From Wolbachia endosymbiont of Cimex lectularius (GTDB lineage: Bacteria; Pseudomonadota; Alphaproteobacteria; Rickettsiales; Anaplasmataceae): DNA of 32,000 nt. The stretch spans positions 90,001 to 122,000 of the forward strand of contig NZ_AP013028.1 of assembly GCF_000829315.1 (NCBI RefSeq), in the 5' to 3' direction. The translations under genes were made by a program, and so were the position numbers. The notes beneath the pieces were generated by a model that was given only the letters and a program-made list of their open reading frames with translations, made no database searches and had not been told where the DNA came from. Every line of letters begins with the position of its first letter. The first letter of the stretch is position 1. This document shows positions 16,398-25,092 of this stretch, piece after piece.

Positions 16398-16815
16398 CGA
16401 AAAAACTACTTGACAATCTTTGCCGTTACCCTTATAATGACACTGAAGCTATTTGTTTAACTTCCCAATCTGTACAGGTTAAAATGACAAGAAAACTTGT
16501 ATTTGGCGTACTATTGTTTAATTTTTCGCACTATGTGCACTGCATGTCTTTTTAAAACTTCGGGTTTTTGCCCATACAAGCTGAAACGCGCTTATAAGTC
16601 GTTTAAGACATCACTTAACGCCGGATTTTAAAATAGAGAGTGGAATAACTAGCTACCTCGGGGTTTTATTGTCTTTTTTCCCTGTTTGGTAAATTTCTTA
16701 AATATTATAGCTTAGACTAGTTGCGTTTAAAAGCAGCTAAATTGCAGCGTTTAAGGCATAAAAACGCCAATACTAAAAATAAATACCGACCAGGGCTTCT
16801 TTTGTCTTTTTTTCT
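16398..16815 (+). repeat. Copy B of the modular P-box/T-box repeat (full length, two T-boxes)
   Basis: It starts at aaaaaactacttgacaa. T-box 1 lies at 16659-16705 and T-box 2 at 16791-16813. It aligns with the reverse complements of copies C and D. The track ORF 16370..16555 lies inside it. Confidence 0.8.
16410..16438 (+). promoter_or_regulatory. P-box promoter B (perfect consensus TTGACA-17-TATAAT)
   Basis: aaaaaactacTTGACAatctttgccgttacccttTATAAT. The spacer was counted as 17 nt. Confidence 0.55.
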
Positions 16816-16827
16816 GCTTAGTTTAGG

Positions 16828-17304
16828 TTATGCAAAAAGTTTTCTGTCTGATTCATGATGATGATTAACATCACGAAGTTCAGTAGAAGGATCATCATTG
16901 ATTGGTTGATTAAACAGTTTGTCAAGCTGGACTGCTAGGAATACTGCGCTATATATTATGCTGACTGTTACGCTTAAATTAAAATTATAGATTATACCAT
17001 TACCTAAGTTTATCGGTATGGTTGCAATTTCTACCCTTCTTAATACGAAGTTTAACAAACCTAATGACAAAGTTAGTGTGCTGATGAAGAGGCTCTTCTT
17101 GCGTTTAGCAAGCTCAGCTTTACATTTTGTAAATTCATCAGTTTCCTTTTTATCTTGGTATTTTCCACATGCATCTTGATATTCTTTATGTGCCTTTTGA
17201 TATTTTTTGTATGTATAATAATAGCTTATGGGTTCTGAAATGAATAGGAATAGGATTGTTGACGTTAAGTGAACACAACTTATTACGTCTGCATTTCTAG
17301 TCAA
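16828..17304 (-). CDS. Hypothetical membrane protein (TTG start overlapping the upstream stop)
   Basis: The 158-aa ORF has hydrophobic segments, a Lys/Tyr/Gln-rich linker (YKKYQKAHKEYQDACGKYQDKK) and a C-terminal HHHESD. Its only possible start is the TTG at 17304, inside tcTTGActag. Confidence 0.4.
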   Translation of the reverse strand: MTRNADVISCVHLTSTILFLFISEPISYYYTYKKYQKAHKEYQDACGKYQDKKETDEFTKCKAELAKRKKSLFISTLTLSLGLLNFVLRRVEIATIPINLGNGIIYNFNLSVTVSIIYSAVFLAVQLDKLFNQPINDDPSTELRDVNHHHESDRKLFA

Positions 17305-17678
17305 GAGATGGATGACTTCAACATCATTAGCGCTTCTATGGTGCTGCTTGCAAGACTAGCTGACTTGCCCACAATTTTTGCTAATTCTTTTTTACCCTTG
17401 GGGTCTCTGTAATCCTTGACTAGGTCATATAAAGTAAATGCAGAGTAGGCAATATATAGAATAGACGTCGGAAATTTTGCCCACCGAGCGACATTCCGTA
17501 TAAGAAAAATATTGGATCTGTTATTGTCAATAAACTCACAGCAAAATTGTAGCGAAATCTTGCACAGTAGCATTGTTAAACCTGTTGTAATACAGATTAT
17601 CCTCCTGATATCATGGTCGTAAGTGTCATGTACCTTTTGTGCAAACGTGTTTTGTTTCTTTTTTAGTTTATTTGACAT
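17301..17678 (-). CDS. Hypothetical small membrane protein
   Basis: The 125-aa ORF has a basic N-terminus and two hydrophobic segments. Its stop TGA (17303-17301) overlaps the TTG of the next ORF. Confidence 0.4.
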   Translation of the reverse strand: MSNKLKKKQNTFAQKVHDTYDHDIRRIICITTGLTMLLCKISLQFCCEFIDNNRSNIFLIRNVARWAKFPTSILYIAYSAFTLYDLVKDYRDPKGKKELAKIVGKSASLASSTIEALMMLKSSIS

Positions 17679-17755
17679 AAATACTTAATAAAGTAATAGT
17701 TTTTTGTTATTTTATCATATTAAATCCTAAAGGAAAAGTATTATAAGTCAGGATT

Positions 17756-18769
17756 TTAAAGATAATTTATGCACAAATTTACCAAGCATTTTATAAACAA
17801 GAAATCAGTACCGAGAGTTGGTATGCGAAAGTAATGTTCGTCCTTGATCATTGCTTTATATTCTATATCAAGCTCAACAAGCGTCTCTGAATGTTCAGAA
17901 ACAAAAGATATAGGTGATAAAACCACAGGTACACCATCAGCTTTTGCACGCAACAGTTCACTTTCGGTGCTTGGCTCTAACCATTTTATAGGTCCAATCT
18001 TGCTCTGATAACATATTACCCAATCAAGATCTTTAATATCTAATTTTTTTACTATCAATTTTACTGTTTCTTCTATCTGTGAAGCGTAAGGGTCGCCTTT
18101 TTTAACAACACTTAGAGGCAAGCTATGGGCTGAAAATAGGATTCTTGGTTTACCAATTTTGCTGGCTAATTTATAATACTGAGCTGCTAGGTTAGCGTGA
18201 GCTTTAATAAACTCTTGGTTATCATAATAGCGGTTGATTATTTTTGTGTTGCATTTGAGACCATATTTTTTGGCATTTTTTTGCCAATTTTCGATAGATG
18301 ACAGAGTTGTGGTAGTTGAATACTGAGGATATAGCGGCAGCAGAATTGCTTCGTCAGGATCAAACTGCTTCACACTCTTAACAACTTCATCAGCAAATGG
18401 ATGCCAATAGCGCATACAAATGAATACTCTGGCCAGCTCTGGTGTCATTCCAGCGTGTGACCAGTTCTTTTTTCTAGATCCCAGTTCCACGCTACTTGGA
18501 TGACAAAAGACGGATCTATTAAGTTCTTGCTCAAGCGCTTCAGCTTGCATTTTTGTATTCTCTAAAATTGGTGATTTGCCTCCAATTTGCTCATATATTT
18601 TTCGTGCAGTATTTTCTCGTTTTGCGGATATAAACTTTGCTAAAAGAAAACGAAAAGGGTTTGGTAGATTTATTATTCTTCTGTCGTAAAAGAGATTGAA
18701 TAGAAAAGGACGGACCGCATTTGGTGAATCAGGGCCGCCTAGGTTAAGTAAGATAATTGCTTTTTTCAT
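17756..18769 (-). CDS. hemH: Ferrochelatase (carries an in-frame palindromic-element insertion)
   Basis: It has [37 protein letters not shown] and [13 protein letters not shown]. Length is 337 aa. Confidence 0.9.
   Translation of the reverse strand: MKKAIILLNLGGPDSPNAVRPFLFNLFYDRRIINLPNPFRFLLAKFISAKRENTARKIYEQIGGKSPILENTKMQAEALEQELNRSVFCHPSSVELGSRKKNWSHAGMTPELARVFICMRYWHPFADEVVKSVKQFDPDEAILLPLYPQYSTTTTLSSIENWQKNAKKYGLKCNTKIINRYYDNQEFIKAHANLAAQYYKLASKIGKPRILFSAHSLPLSVVKKGDPYASQIEETVKLIVKKLDIKDLDWVICYQSKIGPIKWLEPSTESELLRAKADGVPVVLSPISFVSEHSETLVELDIEYKAMIKDEHYFRIPTLGTDFLFIKCLVNLCINYL
18441..18504. repeat. WPE-like element inside the hemH reading frame
   Basis: ggtgtcattccagcgtgtgac...agatcccagttccacgctacttggatgac matches intergenic copies at the nucleotide level (for example 19014-19045 and 18851-18880). 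It is translated as ..[23 protein letters not shown].. Confidence 0.65.
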
Positions 18770-18825
18770 TAGATCTTTTGCAAATAAACTATAAGATTAC
18801 TTTTTACCGTCATTACAGTGCGTAC

Positions 18826-19202
18826 AACATTGTGATTTGAGCACCGAGATGGTGTCATCCAAGTAGCCTGGCACTGGGATCCAGGATTCTACTAAGTTGG
18901 TAAGTATAAAAGCGTTATGTGAAAACAACGTACTCGATGAAATTGTGTGAAAGTGCTGGCCAAGCATTTTAGTGTACGAGCATTGCAATTTGCAGATAAT
19001 TTGAGTAGTAGGTGGTGTCATTCCAGCGCGTGACGCTGGAATCCAGCTTTTTAGTAACTTCACCAAAAATGTTGTATAGTGCACGATCAATTTCGCTGGA
19101 TCCCAGTGTCAAGCACTGGGATGACCCCTTTGTGTTTAAGGTAAAAATGGCTAACACACTGCTCCCGCGTTCGTACCGCTGTGTGTCAAGCGCTGGGATA
19201 AC
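18826..19202. repeat. Cluster of at least four WPE-like palindromic elements filling the hemH-upstream intergenic region
   Basis: The hairpins are ATTCCAGCG-cgtga-CGCTGGAAT (19020-19042) and ATCCCAGTG-tcaag-CACTGGGAT (19100-19122). Half elements lie at 18851-18880 and 19183-19202, and the tail module at 18890-18913. Confidence 0.75.
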
Positions 19203-20011
19203 AAAATAAAACACATTTTGGCTCCGCAACAAGTTGCTCTAGGAGTGCCTATACACTCAGCTACAGGTTTATCAAGTATAGATATAGGCACTAAATTTCT
19301 CACACTGGCATACAATAGGTGGCTAGATCTCTGCAGGTTACTCTTGGTAGATACAAAGCTTCTATCAAAGATCAGATCAGCGCAAAAACTTGGCACTGCT
19401 TCAAGAAGTTCAATAGCAGCTAAAGATAGCATTATACAACTTTGTAGAATCTTTAGAGGGAAAACTAAAAACGCAATGAGAAAGGAGGTGTTACCTGCTT
19501 CACTTACTTGGTTAGGCGAATTATACTCAATATGTTTTCTGTTTTTATCAAAGATAGGAAATTTTATAATATCCTTCTTAAATTCCGCGTCTATTGTTTC
19601 TCTACTGTAGTCAGTAGTTTTTGCCATTAACTTCTCACGCAAGTGAAAAGTTCTCACAACAAAACATGTGGTAATCATCAACGCAGCGCATACAAGTGCA
19701 CATTGCATAAGACTCATACTGCCTACCATAGCTGGCAGTGCAAAACAAACAAATGGCGTTATGATAGCCATTTCAAAAAATGGAATAATGTTTCTTTTCA
19801 TTGCAAAGGCAGCGCCTTCTTTCAATTTTGTATTACGATGTGCGCTATATTCCAAATAACTCAAAAAAGCCAAGCTGAAAGTTAAAAACCCTTTTGTTCC
19901 ACAAAAAATTGATGATTTTAAATTATTAACGAATGTTTTAACTGGTTGTTTAGTAGTAGACTCAGCTTGTTCAGCAGTGTTGCTATTTTTTTTATGGCAA
20001 CATCCACCCAT
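19151..20011 (-). CDS. Hypothetical multi-pass membrane protein starting MGGCCHKK
   Basis: AAGGAGG (20024-20018) lies 6 nt upstream of the ATG at 20011, so I prefer this start to the track TTG at 20050. The protein is 286 aa with several TM segments. The last ~25 codons run into a palindromic half-element. Confidence 0.5.
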   Translation of the reverse strand: MGGCCHKKNSNTAEQAESTTKQPVKTFVNNLKSSIFCGTKGFLTFSLAFLSYLEYSAHRNTKLKEGAAFAMKRNIIPFFEMAIITPFVCFALPAMVGSMSLMQCALVCAALMITTCFVVRTFHLREKLMAKTTDYSRETIDAEFKKDIIKFPIFDKNRKHIEYNSPNQVSEAGNTSFLIAFLVFPLKILQSCIMLSLAAIELLEAVPSFCADLIFDRSFVSTKSNLQRSSHLLYASVRNLVPISILDKPVAECIGTPRATCCGAKMCFILLSQRLTHSGTNAGAVC

Positions 20012-20124
20012 ACAATACCTCCTTGATGGTTTATTCTTAACTATAAACAAAAAATCACTTTGATGAAATAAAAATTCGCAATAGAATGGATCTATAAATA
20101 TACGATCTTATATAAGGAAATAAT

Positions 20125-20550
20125 ATGGCAATTGAGAAAACACTTTCAATATTAAAACCTGACGCAGTGAGAAATAATATTACAGGTAATATAAATTCCT
20201 ACATCGAAAAATCCGGACTAAAAATTATAGCGCAAAAAATGATGTTACTGACAAGAAGACAGGCAGAACTATTTTATGAAACTCACAAAGATAGACCCTT
20301 TTTTGGGGAGTTAGTGGAATTTATGACTTCTGGTTCTGTAATAGTTCAAGTTTTAATCGGTGAAAATGCAGTAAGTAAATACAGACAAATTATGGGAGCG
20401 ACAGATCCAAAGCAGTCAGATAAGGGCACAATCAGAGGTGATTTTGCTGATGACATTAGTGAAAATAGAGTTCATGGCTCAGATAGCTTGGAAAATGCTC
20501 GTAGGGAAATAGCTTTCTTTTTTGCTGAATGCGAGTTAATGCAGCTTTAG
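20125..20550 (+). CDS. ndk: Nucleoside diphosphate kinase
   Basis: It has [15 protein letters not shown] and the active-site region NRVHGSDS. Length is 141 aa. Confidence 0.93.
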   Translation: MAIEKTLSILKPDAVRNNITGNINSYIEKSGLKIIAQKMMLLTRRQAELFYETHKDRPFFGELVEFMTSGSVIVQVLIGENAVSKYRQIMGATDPKQSDKGTIRGDFADDISENRVHGSDSLENARREIAFFFAECELMQL

Positions 20551-20583
20551 ATTGACTGAAATAAATGCGTAATTCTATAATCT

Positions 20584-21471
20584 TTACTGAGATCCAATAA
20601 AACAAGATTTGAAATTTTGTGTAATGTCGTTAATTATAGCGAGATATGCATCTTTTCCAGGTTCTATGTCTGACCCAATAGGATCAAGAATTACCATTTT
20701 TGCATCATTAGAGAGGGCTTTAGGTTTTATGCTATCTTCTCGTGAAGGAGAAAATATACATTTAATGTTTTCTTCCTTCATCATCTTTCTTAGTTTCATC
20801 AAACTTCTCATACCTATGTAAGCATCCTCTTCTATAGAAAGAATGGCACTTGGGTGATTTAAGCCAAAATATTTTTCAAAATATTGATAGGCATCGTGGG
20901 TGACTATGTATTTTTTATTTTTGAAGTCATTCAACTCTCTCGTAATTTTTTCTGTTTCTTGGTCTATCTTCTTTATAGCTCTCATTGCGTTTTGGTTATA
21001 CTTATAAGAATTTTCTTTATCTATACGAGACAGCGTTGTACTTATAGAAAGTATCATGTTCTTTGCATTTTCAGGATTAAGCCAAATGTGTAGGTCTTTT
21101 TCGTCTTGAATATGAATGATATGTCTAGAGAATGAATGTGGTCGAGCAGGAAGTAAATTAACTACCTTTGATAATTGCACAAGTTTTTTATTGTTTCTAG
21201 CGAAGGTTTTAACAAATGTTTCTAGATTATCATCAACATAGAATATGACGTCACTTGATTCCAAATTACTTGCATCAGATGGTTTTAACGCATGATCATG
21301 TCCAGATGTTATACAGGTAAGCAAGTGTGGTTTTGAAATTCCATCCGTAACAGAGGCTACAAGAGAATGTATAGGCTTTATTGTAGCTACGATTTTTAAA
21401 TTGGATGAAAAGGCAGTACTGTGATATAGTGTAAACAAAAGTGATAGAAAAGAAGCCAGTAAATGTCTCAT
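20584..21471 (-). CDS. znuA: Periplasmic metal (Zn/Mn)-binding protein of a ZnuA/TroA-type ABC transporter
   Basis: It has a signal peptide (MRHLLASFLSLLFTLYHSTAFS) and the motifs GHDHALKPSD, HIWLNPENA and VTHDAYQYFEKYFGL. Confidence 0.75.
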   Translation of the reverse strand: MRHLLASFLSLLFTLYHSTAFSSNLKIVATIKPIHSLVASVTDGISKPHLLTCITSGHDHALKPSDASNLESSDVIFYVDDNLETFVKTFARNNKKLVQLSKVVNLLPARPHSFSRHIIHIQDEKDLHIWLNPENAKNMILSISTTLSRIDKENSYKYNQNAMRAIKKIDQETEKITRELNDFKNKKYIVTHDAYQYFEKYFGLNHPSAILSIEEDAYIGMRSLMKLRKMMKEENIKCIFSPSREDSIKPKALSNDAKMVILDPIGSDIEPGKDAYLAIINDITQNFKSCFIGSQ

Positions 21472-22203
21472 GAAAACGTTGAGAAAAAATTAAATTTTGT
21501 CAAAAAGTTAAACAATGTCAATAGCAGTATCCTAAAGATAGAAAACCTTGCTCTTGCATATGATAATAAGAAGGTTCTCGATGGTATTAACATATCAATA
21601 GAGAGAGGAGATGTAGTTACTATACTTGGTCCAAATGGTGGAGGTAAAACCTCTTTGGTAAAGGCAGTTGCTGGTATAAATAAGAACTGCACTGGTAGTG
21701 TCATGTTTGCTGACGATATAAAAATCAGTTATATGCCACAAAATTTTAGTATCAGTAATTTGATGCCGATAACAGTTGAATATTTCCTTTTAAACAGCTT
21801 CTCAACAAAATTGAAGAAAGATCAATCAATTGTTACAGAAGCGATAAGATTGGTTGGTATTGGCAATATTTTGAAGAATCAAGTGTCAGAGATTTCTGCA
21901 GGGCAAACACAATTATTGCTGCTTGCACGTTGTTTAATCGCAGAGCCTGACTTAATAATTCTTGATGAGCCAGTTAGTGCAATGGACGTTAGCGCACGGG
22001 CTAAGTTTTATGATATTATCGGTAAGATAGCAAAAAAACGACTGGTTTCGATTCTTATGACATCTCATGATTTAAACTCCATAGTACCATGTTCAGATTA
22101 TATAATTTGCATAAATAATACTATCTATTGCCAAGGTAAGCCTGGTGAAATTATGAAGAATAAAACTCTGAGTGAAATATTTGGCAGTTACGCAGCGAAA
22201 TGA
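21463..22203 (+). CDS. znuC: ZnuC-like metal ABC transporter ATP-binding protein
   Basis: It has Walker A GPNGGGKTS, the signature SAGQTQLLLLARCL and Walker B LIILDEP. It is divergent from znuA, and the two start codons overlap. Confidence 0.75.
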   Translation: MSHENVEKKLNFVKKLNNVNSSILKIENLALAYDNKKVLDGINISIERGDVVTILGPNGGGKTSLVKAVAGINKNCTGSVMFADDIKISYMPQNFSISNLMPITVEYFLLNSFSTKLKKDQSIVTEAIRLVGIGNILKNQVSEISAGQTQLLLLARCLIAEPDLIILDEPVSAMDVSARAKFYDIIGKIAKKRLVSILMTSHDLNSIVPCSDYIICINNTIYCQGKPGEIMKNKTLSEIFGSYAAK

Positions 22204-23630
22204 TTCAAAATATTCTGCGCCTTTTATACATAACCGCAGTGCTGACTCGTTACAACATATTACCTCGCTTGCTTGTTCCTTCAAGAGGGTCAATAAACAA
22301 GATACAAGGTTATAAACTAAAGTGTGCTCTTGAAAAATTAGGTCCAGTGTTTATTAAATTTGGACAATCCATTTCATCACGTACTGATATTTTAAATGAG
22401 GATATAACAAATAACTTATTGTTAATATGTGATAGGCTGCCATCTTTTTCACACAAGATAGCAGTTAAAACTATAGAAAGCGAATTTAATTGTAAGTTAA
22501 GCGACATTTTCTCAAGCTTTTCTGAAGAGCCAATCGCAGCAGCGTCAATTTCTCAAGTGCATAAAGCAACTACAACGGAAGGTAAAGAAGTTGCGGTGAA
22601 GATTTTAAGGCCGAATATTGAGAGAGCCTTTTCAAGGGATATAAAAACACTTTTTTGGCTTGCAGAGGTTACAGAAAGATTTAGCGAGCAATCAAAGAGG
22701 CTAAGACCGATCGAGCTAGTCAAAACTTTCGCTGAAATTTGCAGATTAGAGCTAGACCTACGTTTTGAGGCCTCTCATTCTTCGGAGCTAAAGGAGAACA
22801 CAAAAAACGACAGAGGTTTTTATGTACCTGAAGTGGATTGGAGCAGGACTTCAAAAAAAGTTTTAACGTTGGAATGGATAGAAGCAACACCAATATACGA
22901 GGTTGAGAAACTAAATAATCATAAGCAAATAGCTGTGAATCTTATAGAATCGTTTTGCAATCAAGTATACAGAGACTGTTTCTTTCATGCAGATATGCAC
23001 CCTGGAAACCTCATGGTCGATAGTAACAACAATATTGTCGCCCTCGATTGTGGAATCATGGGCCGAATAGACCGCGAGACGTGCTATTATGTGATAGAGA
23101 TACTGAAAGGTTTTTTAAATCGGGACTATGATCACGTTGCAAAGGTACATTTTAGAGCTGGCTATGTCTCACCACATCACAAAAATTTTGTTACAGCGTG
23201 TAGAGCAATAGGTGAACCTATTATAGGACAGCCTATACAGAAAATTTCTTTTGCTAGTTTACTTGCTCAATTGTTCAAAATAACTAGTGATTTTGATATG
23301 AAAGTTCAAACACAATTGTTATTGCTGCAGAAAACTATGATTTTACTAGAGGGAACATGTAGAAAAATCTACCCAGAAATCAATATGTGGAAAATAGTTG
23401 AAGCATGGACGGAGAATCAACATAAAAATAAAATAGGTTATAGGGAAAGAGTAAAAAGTTCTTATCCCGTAAAGACAATTCAGGAAGTATTCAGCCTTGT
23501 AGAGAAATTAAATCTGATAGCTGATCAGAAACTAGAAAATATTCAAGTTAAGATTAGATCAAATCGAAAGACCTATTCTTTACTGTGGTTTATGGTCATA
23601 GCGCTAATCATTAAACTTTTCATTTTCTAA
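22200..23630 (+). CDS. ubiB: UbiB/ABC1-family ubiquinone biosynthesis kinase-like protein
   Basis: It has GPVFIKFGQSISSRTDIL, PIAAASISQVHKA, FFHADMHPGNL and a C-terminal TM segment. The start overlaps the znuC stop (ATGA). Confidence 0.85.
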   Translation: MIQNILRLLYITAVLTRYNILPRLLVPSRGSINKIQGYKLKCALEKLGPVFIKFGQSISSRTDILNEDITNNLLLICDRLPSFSHKIAVKTIESEFNCKLSDIFSSFSEEPIAAASISQVHKATTTEGKEVAVKILRPNIERAFSRDIKTLFWLAEVTERFSEQSKRLRPIELVKTFAEICRLELDLRFEASHSSELKENTKNDRGFYVPEVDWSRTSKKVLTLEWIEATPIYEVEKLNNHKQIAVNLIESFCNQVYRDCFFHADMHPGNLMVDSNNNIVALDCGIMGRIDRETCYYVIEILKGFLNRDYDHVAKVHFRAGYVSPHHKNFVTACRAIGEPIIGQPIQKISFASLLAQLFKITSDFDMKVQTQLLLLQKTMILLEGTCRKIYPEINMWKIVEAWTENQHKNKIGYRERVKSSYPVKTIQEVFSLVEKLNLIADQKLENIQVKIRSNRKTYSLLWFMVIALIIKLFIF

Positions 23631-23683
23631 TAAGTGTTGCTTTTTAAGTCGCTATAGTTAAAATAAATGAAGTTTACCTCGGT

Positions 23684-23702
23684 CCCGCTACCTGCTAGCG
23701 GG
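23684..23702 (+). other. GC-rich stem-loop (CCCGCTA-cctgc-TAGCGGG) inside a locally GC-rich intergenic patch
   Basis: The stem is a perfect 7 bp with a 5-nt loop, located 54 nt after the ubiB stop. No T-tract follows it. Confidence 0.3.
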
Positions 23703-23862
23703 GTCTATGACGTAGAACTGCACTAGCTATACAGTTAGGGTGACACCGAAGAGTGCATTATCGCCAAACAATTGTGCGAGTTTCTGAATTTAAAGTTTTT
23801 ATTGTCTATAGAGGATAAGCTGCTACAATAAAAAAAATTAAAGATAGAGAACACTTCAAGTT

Positions 23863-25092
23863 ATGCAAGGTGATACTAAAAAAAAAACGACGATAGAAGA
23901 AAAAGGCATATTGGGTTGGATAGAATATAGATTACCTATATTTTCTTTTCTAAAACATATTGCTTCTTACCAAGTGCCAAAAAATCTAAATTATGCTTGG
24001 AACTTTGGTTCTTTGGCTGGCATAGCTCTAATTTTACAAATAATAACGGGCATCTTTCTTGCTATGCATTACACTCCGCATGTTGAACATGCGTTTAACA
24101 GCGTGGAGCGTATCATGCGTGACGTTAACTATGGATGGCTGATACGTTACACTCATGCTGTCGGGGCATCGCTCTTCTTTATGGTGGTTTATGTTCATAT
24201 AATGCGAGGGTTATATTATGGGTCTTATAAAAGGCCACGAGAAATGGTGTGGTTCATTGGCATATTTATGTTCTTTGCAATGATGGCAACAGCTTTTATG
24301 GGATATGTTCTCCCTTGGGGACAGATGAGCTTTTGGGGTGCAACAGTTATAACTAACTTATTTTCAGCTATACCTTTAATTGGTGACAAAATTGTTATAT
24401 GGCTATGGGGCGGTTTCTCTGTTGATAATCCAACGCTCAATCGTTTTTTTGCTCTGCATTACCTTCTGCCTTTCGTCATTGTTGCTTTAGCTATGCTGCA
24501 TGTCATTGCTCTGCATAGATTTGGCTCTGGTAACCCAAGTGGGGCAGAAGTAAAATCAGAAAGCGATACCATTCTGCTCTACCCTTATTATATAGTAAAG
24601 GATTGTATAACTTTTGGTCTGTTTTTTATAGTTTTGTTTGCGTTTGTTTTCTACGCTCCCAATGATTTGGGACACCCTGATAATTATATTGAAGCTGATC
24701 CTATGGTAACTCCGGTTCATATAGTACCAGAGTGGTACTTTTTACCTTTTTATGCAATGCTGCGTTCAATCCCAAATAAGCTTATTGGTGTGCTTACCAT
24801 GTTTGGGTCTATTTTAGTGTGGTTTTTATTACCCTGGCTCGATAAATCAAAAGTTAAAAGTGGTGCTTATCGCCCGTTATTTAAGAAATTTTTCTGGGTC
24901 TTTGTAGTAAATTTTGCATTTCTTACCTGGCTTGGGGGACAAGAAGTTAAAGAACCTTACATTACCCTAAGTAGGCTTTCCACTCTTTATTATTTTACAT
25001 ACTTTGTAATAGTTTTACCACTGCTCAGTAAGTATGAGAAACCGGAGAAACCACCAAAAACCATAAGTGATTCTGTACCGGAGATGAAGTAA
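23863..25092 (+). CDS. petB: Cytochrome b (ubiquinol-cytochrome c reductase)
   Basis: It has WNFGSLAG, the haem-ligand histidine regions ([18 protein letters not shown]), WGATVITN and [18 protein letters not shown]. Length is 409 aa. Confidence 0.93.
   Translation: MQGDTKKKTTIEEKGILGWIEYRLPIFSFLKHIASYQVPKNLNYAWNFGSLAGIALILQIITGIFLAMHYTPHVEHAFNSVERIMRDVNYGWLIRYTHAVGASLFFMVVYVHIMRGLYYGSYKRPREMVWFIGIFMFFAMMATAFMGYVLPWGQMSFWGATVITNLFSAIPLIGDKIVIWLWGGFSVDNPTLNRFFALHYLLPFVIVALAMLHVIALHRFGSGNPSGAEVKSESDTILLYPYYIVKDCITFGLFFIVLFAFVFYAPNDLGHPDNYIEADPMVTPVHIVPEWYFLPFYAMLRSIPNKLIGVLTMFGSILVWFLLPWLDKSKVKSGAYRPLFKKFFWVFVVNFAFLTWLGGQEVKEPYITLSRLSTLYYFTYFVIVLPLLSKYEKPEKPPKTISDSVPEMK

Noticed and set aside
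16370-16555. Track ORF (61 aa) and a nested 23-codon hydrophobic peptide (MTRKLVFGVLLFNFSHYVHCMSF) inside repeat copy B, considered as a type I toxin-antitoxin style small toxin.
   Set aside because: The corresponding positions in copy C have ACG in place of the ATG and an early stop. Copy D encodes only 12 unrelated-ending codons, and copy A reads a different peptide. Conservation is at the nucleotide level, not the protein level.
18797-19232. Track ORFs 18797..19090 (-), 18969..19232 (-) and 19012..19209 (+).
   Set aside because: They are translations of the palindromic-element cluster. Palindromes are open on both strands, the three ORFs overlap one another, and they carry repeat-derived peptides (SWIPASRAGMTP, and similar).
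20012-20050. TTG start at 20050 for the 19151 membrane-protein gene.
   Set aside because: A perfect AAGGAGG lies inside that extension, 6 nt before the ATG at 20011, so the downstream ATG is the much more plausible start.
23684-23702. Stem-loop after ubiB considered as a Rho-independent terminator.
   Set aside because: The hairpin is followed by gtctatgacg, with no T-tract.
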